DNA from: an uncultured Candidatus Rokubacteria bacterium
GTDB lineage: Bacteria > Methylomirabilota > Methylomirabilia > Rokubacteriales > DASRDR01
Length of the DNA: 64,000 nucleotides
Reading direction: 5' to 3'
Assembly: GCA_963708025.1 (NCBI GenBank)
Contig: CAVPSB010000017.1
Span: forward strand, 39,617-103,616
The translations under genes and the position numbers were made by a program. Every line of letters starts with the position of its first letter. Position 1 is the first letter of the stretch. The notes beneath the pieces are model-generated. The model had not been told where the DNA came from, ran no database searches, and saw nothing but the letters and a program-made list of their open reading frames with translations. Positions 38,292 to 47,075 of this stretch are shown here, piece by piece.

Positions 38292-39209
38292 GTGCGCCTG
38301 ACCCGGCGTCGCGTCCTGGCGGGGCTGGGGAGTCTCCTCGCCTCGGCCGGTTGCGGTGACGGCCGCAAGCGAAGCGTGACCGCCACCGAGACGGGGCTCG
38401 GTGGGGAGCCGCTCCCGTTCAACGTCCACCCCCTCGGCGGGCGCTTCCAGTCCCTCCAGCGCGACGCGCTCCGGATCCTCGCCACGCCGTGGATCCGCGT
38501 CACCCTCGGCCTGGTGACCGACGTCGGGGCCGCCGGGTCCTACGTGCGGCTGGCGCCGAACGTCCTCGGGCTCGTCTCCGACTTCCAGTCCGGCGTCGTC
38601 GACGCCCGCGACTGGCTGACCCTCCTGGCGGCCACCCTGCGACGCTATCCGCAGGTGCGCCGGGCCGAGCTGCTCAACGAGCCCGAGCGCTTCAACGGCC
38701 TCTCGCCGGAGCGCTACGTGCGCGAGTTCCTCCGTCCCGGCTACGAGCTGATCCGCGACCGCTTTCCAGGGGTACAGGTGGTGGCGGCGGCCCCCGTCGG
38801 GGACCGCAAGAAGGCCCCCGATCGCTTCCGCCGCCTGACCGACGCCGGCGCCGACGACGTGTGCGACTTCCGCGCCGTCCACGTCTACTTCGACGACGAC
38901 GGGGCGCTCGGCGCGATCGCCGGTGGTACCCGGCGGCCGATCCTCGTGACCGAGACGGGCACCAACGTCGCCGGGCAGCACGTCCGCTGGTACACCGAGG
39001 TGCTGCCGCAGATTCGCGGGGCGCTGGGCGCCGAGCTGGTGTTCTGGTACGTCCTCCTCGAGTCGGCCGCTCTCGCCGGCGGCAGCGTCCCCTACAGCTA
39101 TCCGGGCTCGAGCGTCATCGCCCCGGACCCCGACGCCGCGGGCCAGCCGAAGGCCGCGGCCGGCTCCGGCCTCTATCCCCTCCTCGCCCGGCAGCGCGCC
39201 GGTCGCTGA
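38292..39209 (+). CDS. Tat-exported lipoprotein, clan GH-A glycoside hydrolase-like
   Basis: TRRRVL Tat motif, SAGC lipobox, LLNEPE, AVHVY, ILVTETG. Confidence 0.7.
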   Translation: MRLTRRRVLAGLGSLLASAGCGDGRKRSVTATETGLGGEPLPFNVHPLGGRFQSLQRDALRILATPWIRVTLGLVTDVGAAGSYVRLAPNVLGLVSDFQSGVVDARDWLTLLAATLRRYPQVRRAELLNEPERFNGLSPERYVREFLRPGYELIRDRFPGVQVVAAAPVGDRKKAPDRFRRLTDAGADDVCDFRAVHVYFDDDGALGAIAGGTRRPILVTETGTNVAGQHVRWYTEVLPQIRGALGAELVFWYVLLESAALAGGSVPYSYPGSSVIAPDPDAAGQPKAAAGSGLYPLLARQRAGR

Positions 39210-39366
39210 GAAGCTATCAGGGAATCGCCGCGAAGTGCGCGAGCATCGGGAAACCCGGAGGCGGGGCCCGGGCCACCGGAGGGACGCGGCGTCCCGAGGG
39301 CCGCAGGCCCGAGGCGCCGCGGCGATTCGGATGGAGCGCGGAGCTCCCCCCCGGCCCGATTGAGCC

Positions 39367-39912
39367 ATGCGATCGATCCTCCTCGCGCTGGCGGCCGCCG
39401 TCATCGGGGCCGCCTCCCCGGCCGCGGCTCAGCCGACGTGGTGGATCAGCGTCGGCGGCCAGGCCGCCTTCGAGACCGGCCAGCTCGACTCGACGCTCGG
39501 CACCGAGGGCGGGGGCGGGCTGGCCGCCGGCTGGCACCTCTTCCGGCTGGGTCCCCTGCTCCTCGGACCCGAAGTGGAGGGAACCGGCGGGAAGGTCTCG
39601 GCCGACCTCGGCACGGTGAGCGACGACGTGACGGTGTGGCGCGGCCGCGTCGGGATCCGCCTCGTCTGGTGGGAGGAGGACGAGGAGCCGCTCCTGGTCC
39701 CCTACCTCCGCGGTGGCGGGGTCTACCGCAGCGATTCCGGCAAGTTCATCTCGGACGACGGGATCGGCTGGTATGTCGGCGTCGGCCTCGACGTCCGACT
39801 CTCCGAGCACTGGTCGCTGGGGCCATTCGTCGCCTACGAGCGCGTCTCGCTGAGCGTGGAGACCGAGACGTTCCTGGTCGGCCTCGGTCTCACGTTCTCC
39901 TGGGGGGATTGA
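39367..39912 (+). CDS. Small outer-membrane beta-barrel protein
   Basis: Signal peptide; alternating beta strands, VPYLRGGG, WYVGVGLDVRL, C-terminal GLGLTFSW. Confidence 0.75.
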   Translation: MRSILLALAAAVIGAASPAAAQPTWWISVGGQAAFETGQLDSTLGTEGGGGLAAGWHLFRLGPLLLGPEVEGTGGKVSADLGTVSDDVTVWRGRVGIRLVWWEEDEEPLLVPYLRGGGVYRSDSGKFISDDGIGWYVGVGLDVRLSEHWSLGPFVAYERVSLSVETETFLVGLGLTFSWGD

Positions 39913-39930
39913 TCGGGACACATAGATTTT

Positions 39931-40062
39931 TCGGGACCTCCCGCCCAACCCCCCTCCCCCCTCCGTCTGACCGGATCGCCGGGACGGCTCGGGCCTGCGG
40001 CCCTCGCGACGTCCCGCCCTCCGGTGGCCCCACCGGGGGGAGGGGGGAGCCGGAAGCACCCG
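39931..40062. repeat. Family C repeat copy 3 (long internal spacer)
   Basis: gggacctcccgccc...cccctccccc ... ggggggaggggggagccgga. Confidence 0.75.
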
Positions 40063-40075
40063 CCTTCGGGCGATC

Positions 40076-40864
40076 TCATCGGCCCTTGAAGATGGGCGGG
40101 CGCTTGGCCACGAACGCCCGCACGCCTTCGGCGAAGTCCTCGGTATGCCCGCTCCGGGCGATGGACTGGCTCTCCAGCTCCATCTGGGTCTCCAGGCTCT
40201 CGGTGGTGGACGCGTGAAACAGGAGCTTGCCCCGACCCAGGGCGAGGGTCGGCCCCTGGGCCAGCTCGTCGGCCAGCCGGCGGGTCGCCTCGCGCAGCTC
40301 GGCGTCGGGCACCACCCGGCTCACGAGCCCCCACTCCAGCGCCTCCCGCGCCGTCAGCACACGGTTGGTGTAGAAGAGCTCGATGGCCCGGCGCAGCCCC
40401 ACCAGCCGGGGCAGCCAGTAGGTGGACGAGCCGTCCGGCGTGGCCGCGATCCGCGAGTAGGCCATGGTGAATCGGGCCGACTCCGCGGCCAGCACCAGAT
40501 CGCCCGCGATCGCCAGCGAGAGGCCGCCGCCGGCCGCCACGCCGTTGACCGCGGTCAGGACCGGCTTCGGCGTCCGGACCAGTCGGGAGACCGCGCCGTG
40601 GACGTAGGTGGTCAACTCCTTGATCAGCGCCCCGACCCGGGGGAGATTGTCGGCGAAGTCCTTGACGTCCCCGCCGCCGCAGAACGCCTTGCCGGCGCCC
40701 GTCACGACGATGCAGCGCACCGCCGGGTCCTCGTCCAGCTCGATCGCGACCGAGAACAGCTCGCGCCCGAGCGTCAGGTTCAGGGCGTTGAAGGCGTCCG
40801 GGCGGTTGAGGGTGACGGTGGCGACGCCGCCCGCCGTGTCCAGCGTGATGGTCTCGTAGCGCAT
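40076..40864 (-). CDS. Enoyl-CoA hydratase/isomerase (PaaG-like)
   Basis: LNRPDAFNAL, AFCGGGD, AVNGVAAGGG, PDGSSTYWLPRLVG. Confidence 0.9.
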   Translation of the reverse strand: MRYETITLDTAGGVATVTLNRPDAFNALNLTLGRELFSVAIELDEDPAVRCIVVTGAGKAFCGGGDVKDFADNLPRVGALIKELTTYVHGAVSRLVRTPKPVLTAVNGVAAGGGLSLAIAGDLVLAAESARFTMAYSRIAATPDGSSTYWLPRLVGLRRAIELFYTNRVLTAREALEWGLVSRVVPDAELREATRRLADELAQGPTLALGRGKLLFHASTTESLETQMELESQSIARSGHTEDFAEGVRAFVAKRPPIFKGR

Positions 40865-40988
40865 GGGGCGTCTCCTCGTCGAGACGGGATCAGCGGCCGA
40901 TGCCAGCCCGCTCGGGCCGGCGGGCTCGATTCTGCCACGCCGGCGCGGCGGGCCGCCAGTCCCCGACGTTTCTTGCTAGAATGACGCC

Positions 40989-42128
40989 GTGACCAGCCGG
41001 GCGGTCTGGCTCGCGATCATCGGGCTCGTCGCGGTCCTCCTGGTGGTCGCGGGAGTCGTGACGGTCCGCATCGACTTCCACGCCCCGCGGTGGGCCGGCG
41101 CCGGGTTCTGGACCGACGCCAAGACCGACGGCCAGCTCCCACCCGAGTACGCGCGCTGGGTCGAGCTGGCGAAGGCGACGCGTCCCGCCGTGGTCAACGT
41201 CAGCACCTTGCAGCGGCGGGCCGAGGACCCGATGCAGGACTTCCTCCGGCGCTTCTTCGGCGGCGAGCCGCCGGCGGGACCCCGGGCGAGCCTGGGCTCG
41301 GGATTCATCGCATCCCAGGACGGCTACGTCGTCACCAACAACCACGTGGTGGGCACCGGCGGCCAGATCGTGGTGAAGCTGGACAACGGCAGCGAGCACG
41401 CCGCCAAGGTCGTCGGGACCGACCCGGCCACCGACGTCGCCCTGCTCAAGATCGAGGCCACGGGGCTGGCGGTCCTCCCGTTCGGCGACTCCGACAAGCT
41501 CCAGGTGGGCGAGCCGGTCATGGCCATCGGGAACCCGTTCGGCCTCGACCAGACGGTGACGACCGGCATCGTCAGCGCCAAGGAGCGGTTCATCGGCGCC
41601 GGCCGCTATGACGACTTCATCCAGACCGACGCCTCGGTGAACCCGGGCAACTCGGGCGGCCCGCTGATCTCCATCCACGGCGCCGTGGTCGGGATCAACA
41701 CCGCCATCTTCTCCCAGTCGGGCGGCTCCATCGGCATCGGCTTCGCGATCCCGATCAACCTGGCGAAGACGATCCTCCCCCAGCTCCGCGAGCGAGGCTC
41801 GGTGGTGCGCGGCTGGCTCGGCGTGGCCGTGCTGCCGGTGACCTCCCAAACGGCCCAGGCGAGCGGCCTCGCCGAGCCCCGGGGGGCCATGGTGGAGAAC
41901 GTGGCGCCGGGGTCCCCGGCGGAGCGCGCCGGTCTCCAGAAGGGCGACGTCATCGTGGCGGTGAACGACCAGCCGGTGGCCGCGCCCCCCGAGCTGACCC
42001 GCCGCATCGCGAGCATGCCGCCCGGGACCCGGGTCCAGGTGACGGTGGTCAGGGAGCGCGCGCGGAAGACGCTGGCGGTGGAGCTAGGCCGCCTCCCCGA
42101 GCGCCCCCCGACTACGCCGGGCCGATAA
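40989..42128 (+). CDS. HtrA/DegQ-like serine protease with one PDZ domain
   Basis: N-terminal TM; TNNHVV, DVALLKI, GNSGGPL; single C-terminal PDZ. Confidence 0.92.
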   Translation: MTSRAVWLAIIGLVAVLLVVAGVVTVRIDFHAPRWAGAGFWTDAKTDGQLPPEYARWVELAKATRPAVVNVSTLQRRAEDPMQDFLRRFFGGEPPAGPRASLGSGFIASQDGYVVTNNHVVGTGGQIVVKLDNGSEHAAKVVGTDPATDVALLKIEATGLAVLPFGDSDKLQVGEPVMAIGNPFGLDQTVTTGIVSAKERFIGAGRYDDFIQTDASVNPGNSGGPLISIHGAVVGINTAIFSQSGGSIGIGFAIPINLAKTILPQLRERGSVVRGWLGVAVLPVTSQTAQASGLAEPRGAMVENVAPGSPAERAGLQKGDVIVAVNDQPVAAPPELTRRIASMPPGTRVQVTVVRERARKTLAVELGRLPERPPTTPGR

Positions 42129-42129
42129 C

Positions 42130-42238
42130 CTTCGCATCCCGTCGTCCTCGGTCGTCGCCGATCCTCGGCGTATCGGAGTACGCCTGCGGTCGGCGACTCC
42201 CTGCGTCCTAGGGTTGCTCGGTTCTCGGCCCGGCTGGG
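42130..42238. repeat. Family B repeat copy 3
   Basis: gtcgtcctcggtcgtcgccgatcctcggcgtatcggagtacgcctgcggtcggcgactccctgcgtcct. Confidence 0.85.
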
Positions 42239-42341
42239 CAACCGTTGTGATCCCGTCGGGAGTACTGTCGCGTGCGGTGCGACGTGAGCCACGACAGGGC
42301 GGCCTCGGCGGCGGCTTCGCCGAGCTCCCCCGAGGGAATAG

Positions 42342-42677
42342 TTAGTAGACGGGGGGGGCGTAGACGGTCAGGAAGAAGAGCGGCGTTGTGCCGGCGTTCC
42401 GGGCGTGGTGGCGGACGCCGGCCGGGATCAGCACGAGGGCGCCTGGACCCGCGGTGAGTCGCTCCGCCCCCACCCGCATCTCGGCCTGGCCCTCGAGCAC
42501 GTAGACGATCTGATCGCCGCCGTGCTCTTCCTCGGGGCCGGCGTCCTGGCCGGGGGCGACGGTCATGACGGCCGTCTGGCTCGCGGCCGTCGACTGGAGG
42601 ACCTGAAAGAAGGCGCCCCGGTGCTCGGCCGGGTGGACGAGGACCGCCGGTGGCGATTGGCGCGCGGGCCGCGCCAC
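42342..42677 (-). CDS. Cupin domain protein
   Basis: EEH..DQIVYVLEG, IPAGVRH, TVYAPP. Confidence 0.85.
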   Translation of the reverse strand: MARPARQSPPAVLVHPAEHRGAFFQVLQSTAASQTAVMTVAPGQDAGPEEEHGGDQIVYVLEGQAEMRVGAERLTAGPGALVLIPAGVRHHARNAGTTPLFFLTVYAPPVY

Positions 42678-42678
42678 C

Positions 42679-43443
42679 TCAGGCTCCTTGCGGCCGCACG
42701 ACCAGGACGGTCACGTTGTCGGGCCCCCCGGCCTCGTTGGCGGCGGCGACCAGGGCGCGACAAGTGGCCTCCAGGTCCCCCGTGTGCTGACGCAGGAGCT
42801 CCTCGATCCGCTCGTCCGACAGGGCGGTCGTCAGGCCATCGGAGCAGAGCAGGATCCGGTCGCCCGCCCGGAGGCGCTCCTCCCGCACCTCGAACTCGAC
42901 GTCCTCCTGCAGGCCGATCGCCTTCGTCAGCACGTGACGGAAGGGGTGCACGTCCCGCTCCGACACGTCGATGAGCTGCTGGGCGATGGCGGCCTCGATC
43001 CAGGAGTCGTCGCGCGTGATCTGCTGCAGCCGGTTTTCGCGGAAGAGGTAGACCCGGCTGTCTCCCACCCCAGCATAGGTGAGGCGCCCGTCACGCAGAA
43101 GCACGGCGACGAGGGTCGTCCCCATGCCGGTCAGCTCCTCCCGGTCGGCCGCCCGCCGGTAGACGGAGCGGTTCGCCAGGCGGATCCCCGTGCTGAGGCA
43201 GTTCGCCTCGAACGAGCGCTCGCCGGTGATCCCGAACGGCCAGGTGAGGTCGCGGTCCCCGTGGGCGCGGCCGATGAAGTCCTGCAGCGTCTCGACCGCG
43301 AGCCGAGAGGCAACCTCCCCCGACTGGTGGCCCCCCATCCCGTCCGCGACCACGGCAAACCCGATCCCCGAGTCGAACTGCATGAAGTCCTCGTTGCTCT
43401 TCCGCTTGCGGCCGGGGTCGGTCAGTCCGTGGGCGTCGATCAT
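42679..43443 (-). CDS. PP2C-family Ser/Thr protein phosphatase (Stp1-like)
   Basis: RKSNED, VADGMGG, GMGTT, VGDSR, CSDGL, GGPDN. Confidence 0.93.
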   Translation of the reverse strand: MIDAHGLTDPGRKRKSNEDFMQFDSGIGFAVVADGMGGHQSGEVASRLAVETLQDFIGRAHGDRDLTWPFGITGERSFEANCLSTGIRLANRSVYRRAADREELTGMGTTLVAVLLRDGRLTYAGVGDSRVYLFRENRLQQITRDDSWIEAAIAQQLIDVSERDVHPFRHVLTKAIGLQEDVEFEVREERLRAGDRILLCSDGLTTALSDERIEELLRQHTGDLEATCRALVAAANEAGGPDNVTVLVVRPQGA

Positions 43444-43537
43444 CGAGCCGGAGCCTCCCTGAAGGGTCCGCTTTCCCCTGGGGTAACGCCCGTCACGATA
43501 GCACGAATCCGGCCAGTTCTCCCGGGCCGTCAACTGC

Positions 43538-44308
43538 CTAGGCCAGCTCGGCGAGGAACCCACGGAGCGCCGCGTTGACCGCGGCCGGCTGCTCGAGCTG
43601 AGGAAAGTGGCCGGCGGCATCGATCTCCACCAGGCGCCCCCCCGGGATGCCGCCGGCCAGGAAGCGGCCATACTTGGGGGGAGTCAGGCGATCGTCGCGC
43701 CCCACCACGACGAGCGTCGGCGTCCGGATCGCGCTCAAGCTGCCCATGACGTCGAACCGGTCGCACGCCATGAAGTCGCCGAGCGTCACCGCCGAGGCCG
43801 TCTCCTGGAGGGCGCGCTCGGCCTCCGCCACCGCGGCCGGCGCCGTCCGCGGGCTGTAGGCGAGACTGCCGACCAGCTCGGCGCCGCTGCGCGAGCCGGC
43901 CTCGAACAGCTCCATGATCCGGGGGAGCACGCGGAGCCGGGCGCCGGTGCCGACCAGGACCAGCCCGCTCAGGCGCTCCGGCCGGGCGAGGGCCACCGTC
44001 TGGGCGATGGCGCCACCCATCGAGTGCCCCCCCAGCACCACCCGGTCGAGCGCGAGGCCGTCGAGCAGCCCGAGAAGCCAGGTGGCGTAGTCCTCGACGC
44101 GCCGGCACCCGGCGCCGCCCGTCGCGCCGTGGCCGGGAAGGTCAACGGCGATGACCCGGGCGGCGTCGGCGAGCCCGGCGAGCTGGGGCGCCCACAGCTC
44201 GGCCCGACCGCCGCTCCCGTGGACGAGGACCATCGGCCGGCCCTGGCCGGCGGCCAGGTAGCCGGCCGGCCGGCCCCCGACGGTGGTGGTCTCCCGAAAG
44301 ACCCTCAG
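43538..44308 (-). CDS. Alpha/beta fold hydrolase (start uncertain)
   Basis: VHGSGG, DLPGHG, GHSMGG, AGHFPQLEQP; 5' end abuts family C repeat. Confidence 0.85.
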   Translation of the reverse strand: MRVFRETTTVGGRPAGYLAAGQGRPMVLVHGSGGRAELWAPQLAGLADAARVIAVDLPGHGATGGAGCRRVEDYATWLLGLLDGLALDRVVLGGHSMGGAIAQTVALARPERLSGLVLVGTGARLRVLPRIMELFEAGSRSGAELVGSLAYSPRTAPAAVAEAERALQETASAVTLGDFMACDRFDVMGSLSAIRTPTLVVVGRDDRLTPPKYGRFLAGGIPGGRLVEIDAAGHFPQLEQPAAVNAALRGFLAELA

Positions 44309-44310
44309 AT

Positions 44311-44418
44311 CGAGACCTCCCGCCCACCCCCCCAACCCCCCTCCCCCACCGTTGGACGGCCTTCGGCCTGTGGCCGGCGGGAGGGGGGAGTCGGAGGACC
44401 CATTCCTTCACACGCTCT
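44311..44418. repeat. Family C repeat copy 4
   Basis: gacctcccgcccaccccccaacccccctcccccaccg...gggaggggggagtcggag...ttccttcacacgctct. Confidence 0.82.
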
Positions 44419-45527
44419 TAGAGGACGGCGCCCCGGGCCGTGATCGGCCACAGGGTCTCCACCCGGCCCCCCCGGACCCCCACGTACCAGTCGTACAGGT
44501 TCACCGTGGGATCGCAGTGGCCCGGGATGAGGCGCAGCTTCTCGCCGACGCGGATCCCGGCCTGGGGATCGCGGAGAAAGAGCACGCCGTGCTCGTCGGA
44601 GGCGCGCTGAACCTCGGCCTCGGGCATCCCCCAGACCGCGGGCATGCCGGCGTCCACCGAGAACGCCTTCAGCCCGGCATCCACCACCGCGCGGTCGGCG
44701 GCCGGGTGGCTCATCACCGTGGTCAGGACGAACAGGCTGTGCTCGAACTCCGAGGGGAAGCCTTCGATCCGCTTGTAGTCGACGTCCATGAAGATGTAGG
44801 AGCCGGCCTGCACCTCCGTGAAAACGCCGCTCGAGGCCTCGAACTGATAGCTGCCGGTGCCGGCCCCGGAGATCATCTCGCACCGGAGCCCCTGCCGGTC
44901 GAGCCGCTCGACGGTCTCCCGGACCCGGGCGATGGCCAGCTCGATCGCCTCGCGGCGCTTCGCCAGGTCCTGGATGTGCTGGGCCCGCCCCTGATAGGCC
45001 TGGAGCCCGGCGAAGCGGAGCCCCGGCTGGGCCGCCACCAGCTGCGCCAGCGCAACCGCGGGCTCCCCCGGCTCCACGCCGCACCGGTTGGCGCCCACGT
45101 TGAGCTCGACGAGCACCGGCAGGCGGACCCCGAAGGCCCGGGCGGCCGCGTCGAGGTCCCGGACGTTCTGGGGGTCGTCCACGCAGACGCTCACCTCCGC
45201 CTGCCGGGCCAGGGCCGCCAGCCGGGCGAGCTTCGGCGCCCCCACGATCTCGTTGCTGACCAGGACGTTCCTGACGCCGCCGTACACCAGGGCTTCGGCC
45301 TCGCTCACCTTCTGGCAGCAGACGCCCACCGCTCCCCGCGCGATCTGGTGGAGCGCGATCACCGGGCACTTGTGCGTCTTGGCGTGCGGGCGCAGACGGA
45401 CCGGCCGCCCGGCGACGAAGCGGGCCATCCGGTCCAGGTTGCGCTCGTAGGCGTCGAGGTCCACCAGCAAGGCGGGAGTGTCGATCTGGTCAGCCGCCGT
45501 GCCGACGTCAGCGGGCGGGCGGGTCAT
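44418..45527 (-). CDS. DSD1-family PLP enzyme (D-threonine aldolase / 3-hydroxy-D-aspartate aldolase-like)
   Basis: IDTPALLVD, RPHAKTHK, GAGTG, GSYIFMD, SDEHG, PGHCDPTVN. Confidence 0.9.
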   Translation of the reverse strand: MTRPPADVGTAADQIDTPALLVDLDAYERNLDRMARFVAGRPVRLRPHAKTHKCPVIALHQIARGAVGVCCQKVSEAEALVYGGVRNVLVSNEIVGAPKLARLAALARQAEVSVCVDDPQNVRDLDAAARAFGVRLPVLVELNVGANRCGVEPGEPAVALAQLVAAQPGLRFAGLQAYQGRAQHIQDLAKRREAIELAIARVRETVERLDRQGLRCEMISGAGTGSYQFEASSGVFTEVQAGSYIFMDVDYKRIEGFPSEFEHSLFVLTTVMSHPAADRAVVDAGLKAFSVDAGMPAVWGMPEAEVQRASDEHGVLFLRDPQAGIRVGEKLRLIPGHCDPTVNLYDWYVGVRGGRVETLWPITARGAVL

Positions 45528-45657
45528 CTGGCACTCCTTTGGCACTCCTTTCGCGGGCCGGGCGGCTTGACACCCCCGGGCGACTGAACGAGACTACAAG
45601 CCGCCCGGTTCGTTGCCAAGTCCAAAGATCCACGCCCACGGCGAGCAGGAGGAAGCC

Positions 45658-47013
45658 ATGCCGGACGCGATCCCCACGCCTCCGCCCACCCGCGGTCTCT
45701 CTCGCCGGGCGATTCTCCGGCTCGGCGGCGCCGCCGTCGCTGGCGCCGCCACCGGCCCCTTCGTCTGGACGCCGGCCCGCGCCCAGGGATTCAACTGGAA
45801 GCGCTTCCAGGGGAAAGAGCTGTTCCTCCTGCTCACCAAGCACCCGTGGATCGACGTGCTCGAGAAGAACATCCCGGAGTTCGAGTCGCTGTCCGGGATG
45901 AAGGTCAAGTGGGAGACGCTGCCCGAGATCCAGGCGCGCCAGAAGATGACGGTGGAGCTGACCGGGGGCTCGACCGGGATCGACGCCTTCTTCACCTCGC
46001 TCCACGTCGAGAAGAAGCGCTTCTGGAAGGCCGGCTGGTATCTGCCGCTCAACCGGTTCCTCGAGGACAAGGCGCTGACCAGCCCGGAGTACGACTGGAG
46101 CGACTTCACGCCGGGCGCCCGAGCGGGCGCCACCCAGGCCGACGGGAGCATCTCGGCCCTGCCGGCCTTCATCGACGCCAACGTGTTCTTCTACCGAAAG
46201 GACGTGTTCGCCCAGAAAGGTCTGGCCCCGCCGAAGACCCTGGCCGAGCTCGAGCAGCTCGTCCCCAAGCTCCACGCGCCGCCGGGGATGTACGGCCTGG
46301 TGATGCGCGGCCTGAAGAACGCGAACGCCACCCAGTATCCGACCGTCCTCTTCGCCATGGGCGGGGCGTACCTGACCAAGGACGGCAAGGCAGCCCTCGA
46401 CACCCCGGAAGGCGTCGCCGCGATGGACTACTACGCGCGGATGCTGCGGCAGTACGCCCCGCCGGGGGTCGTGAACTTCAACTGGTACGAGGCGTCCTCG
46501 GCGTTCTTCCAGGGTCAGGTCGCGACCTACATGGACGGGGTCAACTTCGCCAGCCAGTTCGAGGATCCGGCCAAGTCGAAGGTGGTCGGCAAGGTCGGCT
46601 ACGCGATGCTGCCGGCCGGGCCCGGCGGGCAGTTCGCCCCGATCTACATCACCGGCATGGCGATCCCCCAGTCGAGCGCGAGCAAGGAGGCCGCCTACCT
46701 GTTCATCCAGTGGGCGACCAACAAGCAGAACGCCGTCCGGGAGCTGATGGCGGGGGTCGGCGTCGGCCGCAGCTCGCCCTGGGACAACGCCGAGGTGAAG
46801 GCCAAGCCCAAGATGCCGGTCAACTGGTACCAGGCGTACCAGGCCTCGCTCAAGATCGGACGCCAGGGCCTCCCCGAGATCGTCGCGGTGACCGAGTATC
46901 GCGACATCATCGGGGTGGCGATCCAGCGCGCGATCGAGGGCATGCCGGCGGCCCAGGCGGCGGGCCAGGCGCAGAAGGAGTTCCAGGAGCTGCTCACCCG
47001 GACCGAGAGCTGA
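45658..47013 (+). CDS. CUT1-type ABC substrate-binding protein, Tat signal (paralog 1)
   Basis: SRRAILR Tat motif; FYRKD, GKVGY; AGGAGG before ATG. Confidence 0.88.
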   Translation: MPDAIPTPPPTRGLSRRAILRLGGAAVAGAATGPFVWTPARAQGFNWKRFQGKELFLLLTKHPWIDVLEKNIPEFESLSGMKVKWETLPEIQARQKMTVELTGGSTGIDAFFTSLHVEKKRFWKAGWYLPLNRFLEDKALTSPEYDWSDFTPGARAGATQADGSISALPAFIDANVFFYRKDVFAQKGLAPPKTLAELEQLVPKLHAPPGMYGLVMRGLKNANATQYPTVLFAMGGAYLTKDGKAALDTPEGVAAMDYYARMLRQYAPPGVVNFNWYEASSAFFQGQVATYMDGVNFASQFEDPAKSKVVGKVGYAMLPAGPGGQFAPIYITGMAIPQSSASKEAAYLFIQWATNKQNAVRELMAGVGVGRSSPWDNAEVKAKPKMPVNWYQAYQASLKIGRQGLPEIVAVTEYRDIIGVAIQRAIEGMPAAQAAGQAQKEFQELLTRTES

Positions 47014-47075
47014 TGTCACGAGACCCCGAGGGCCCGGCGGCCCGGGACCCGGATTCGACCGACAAGGAGGTCAGC

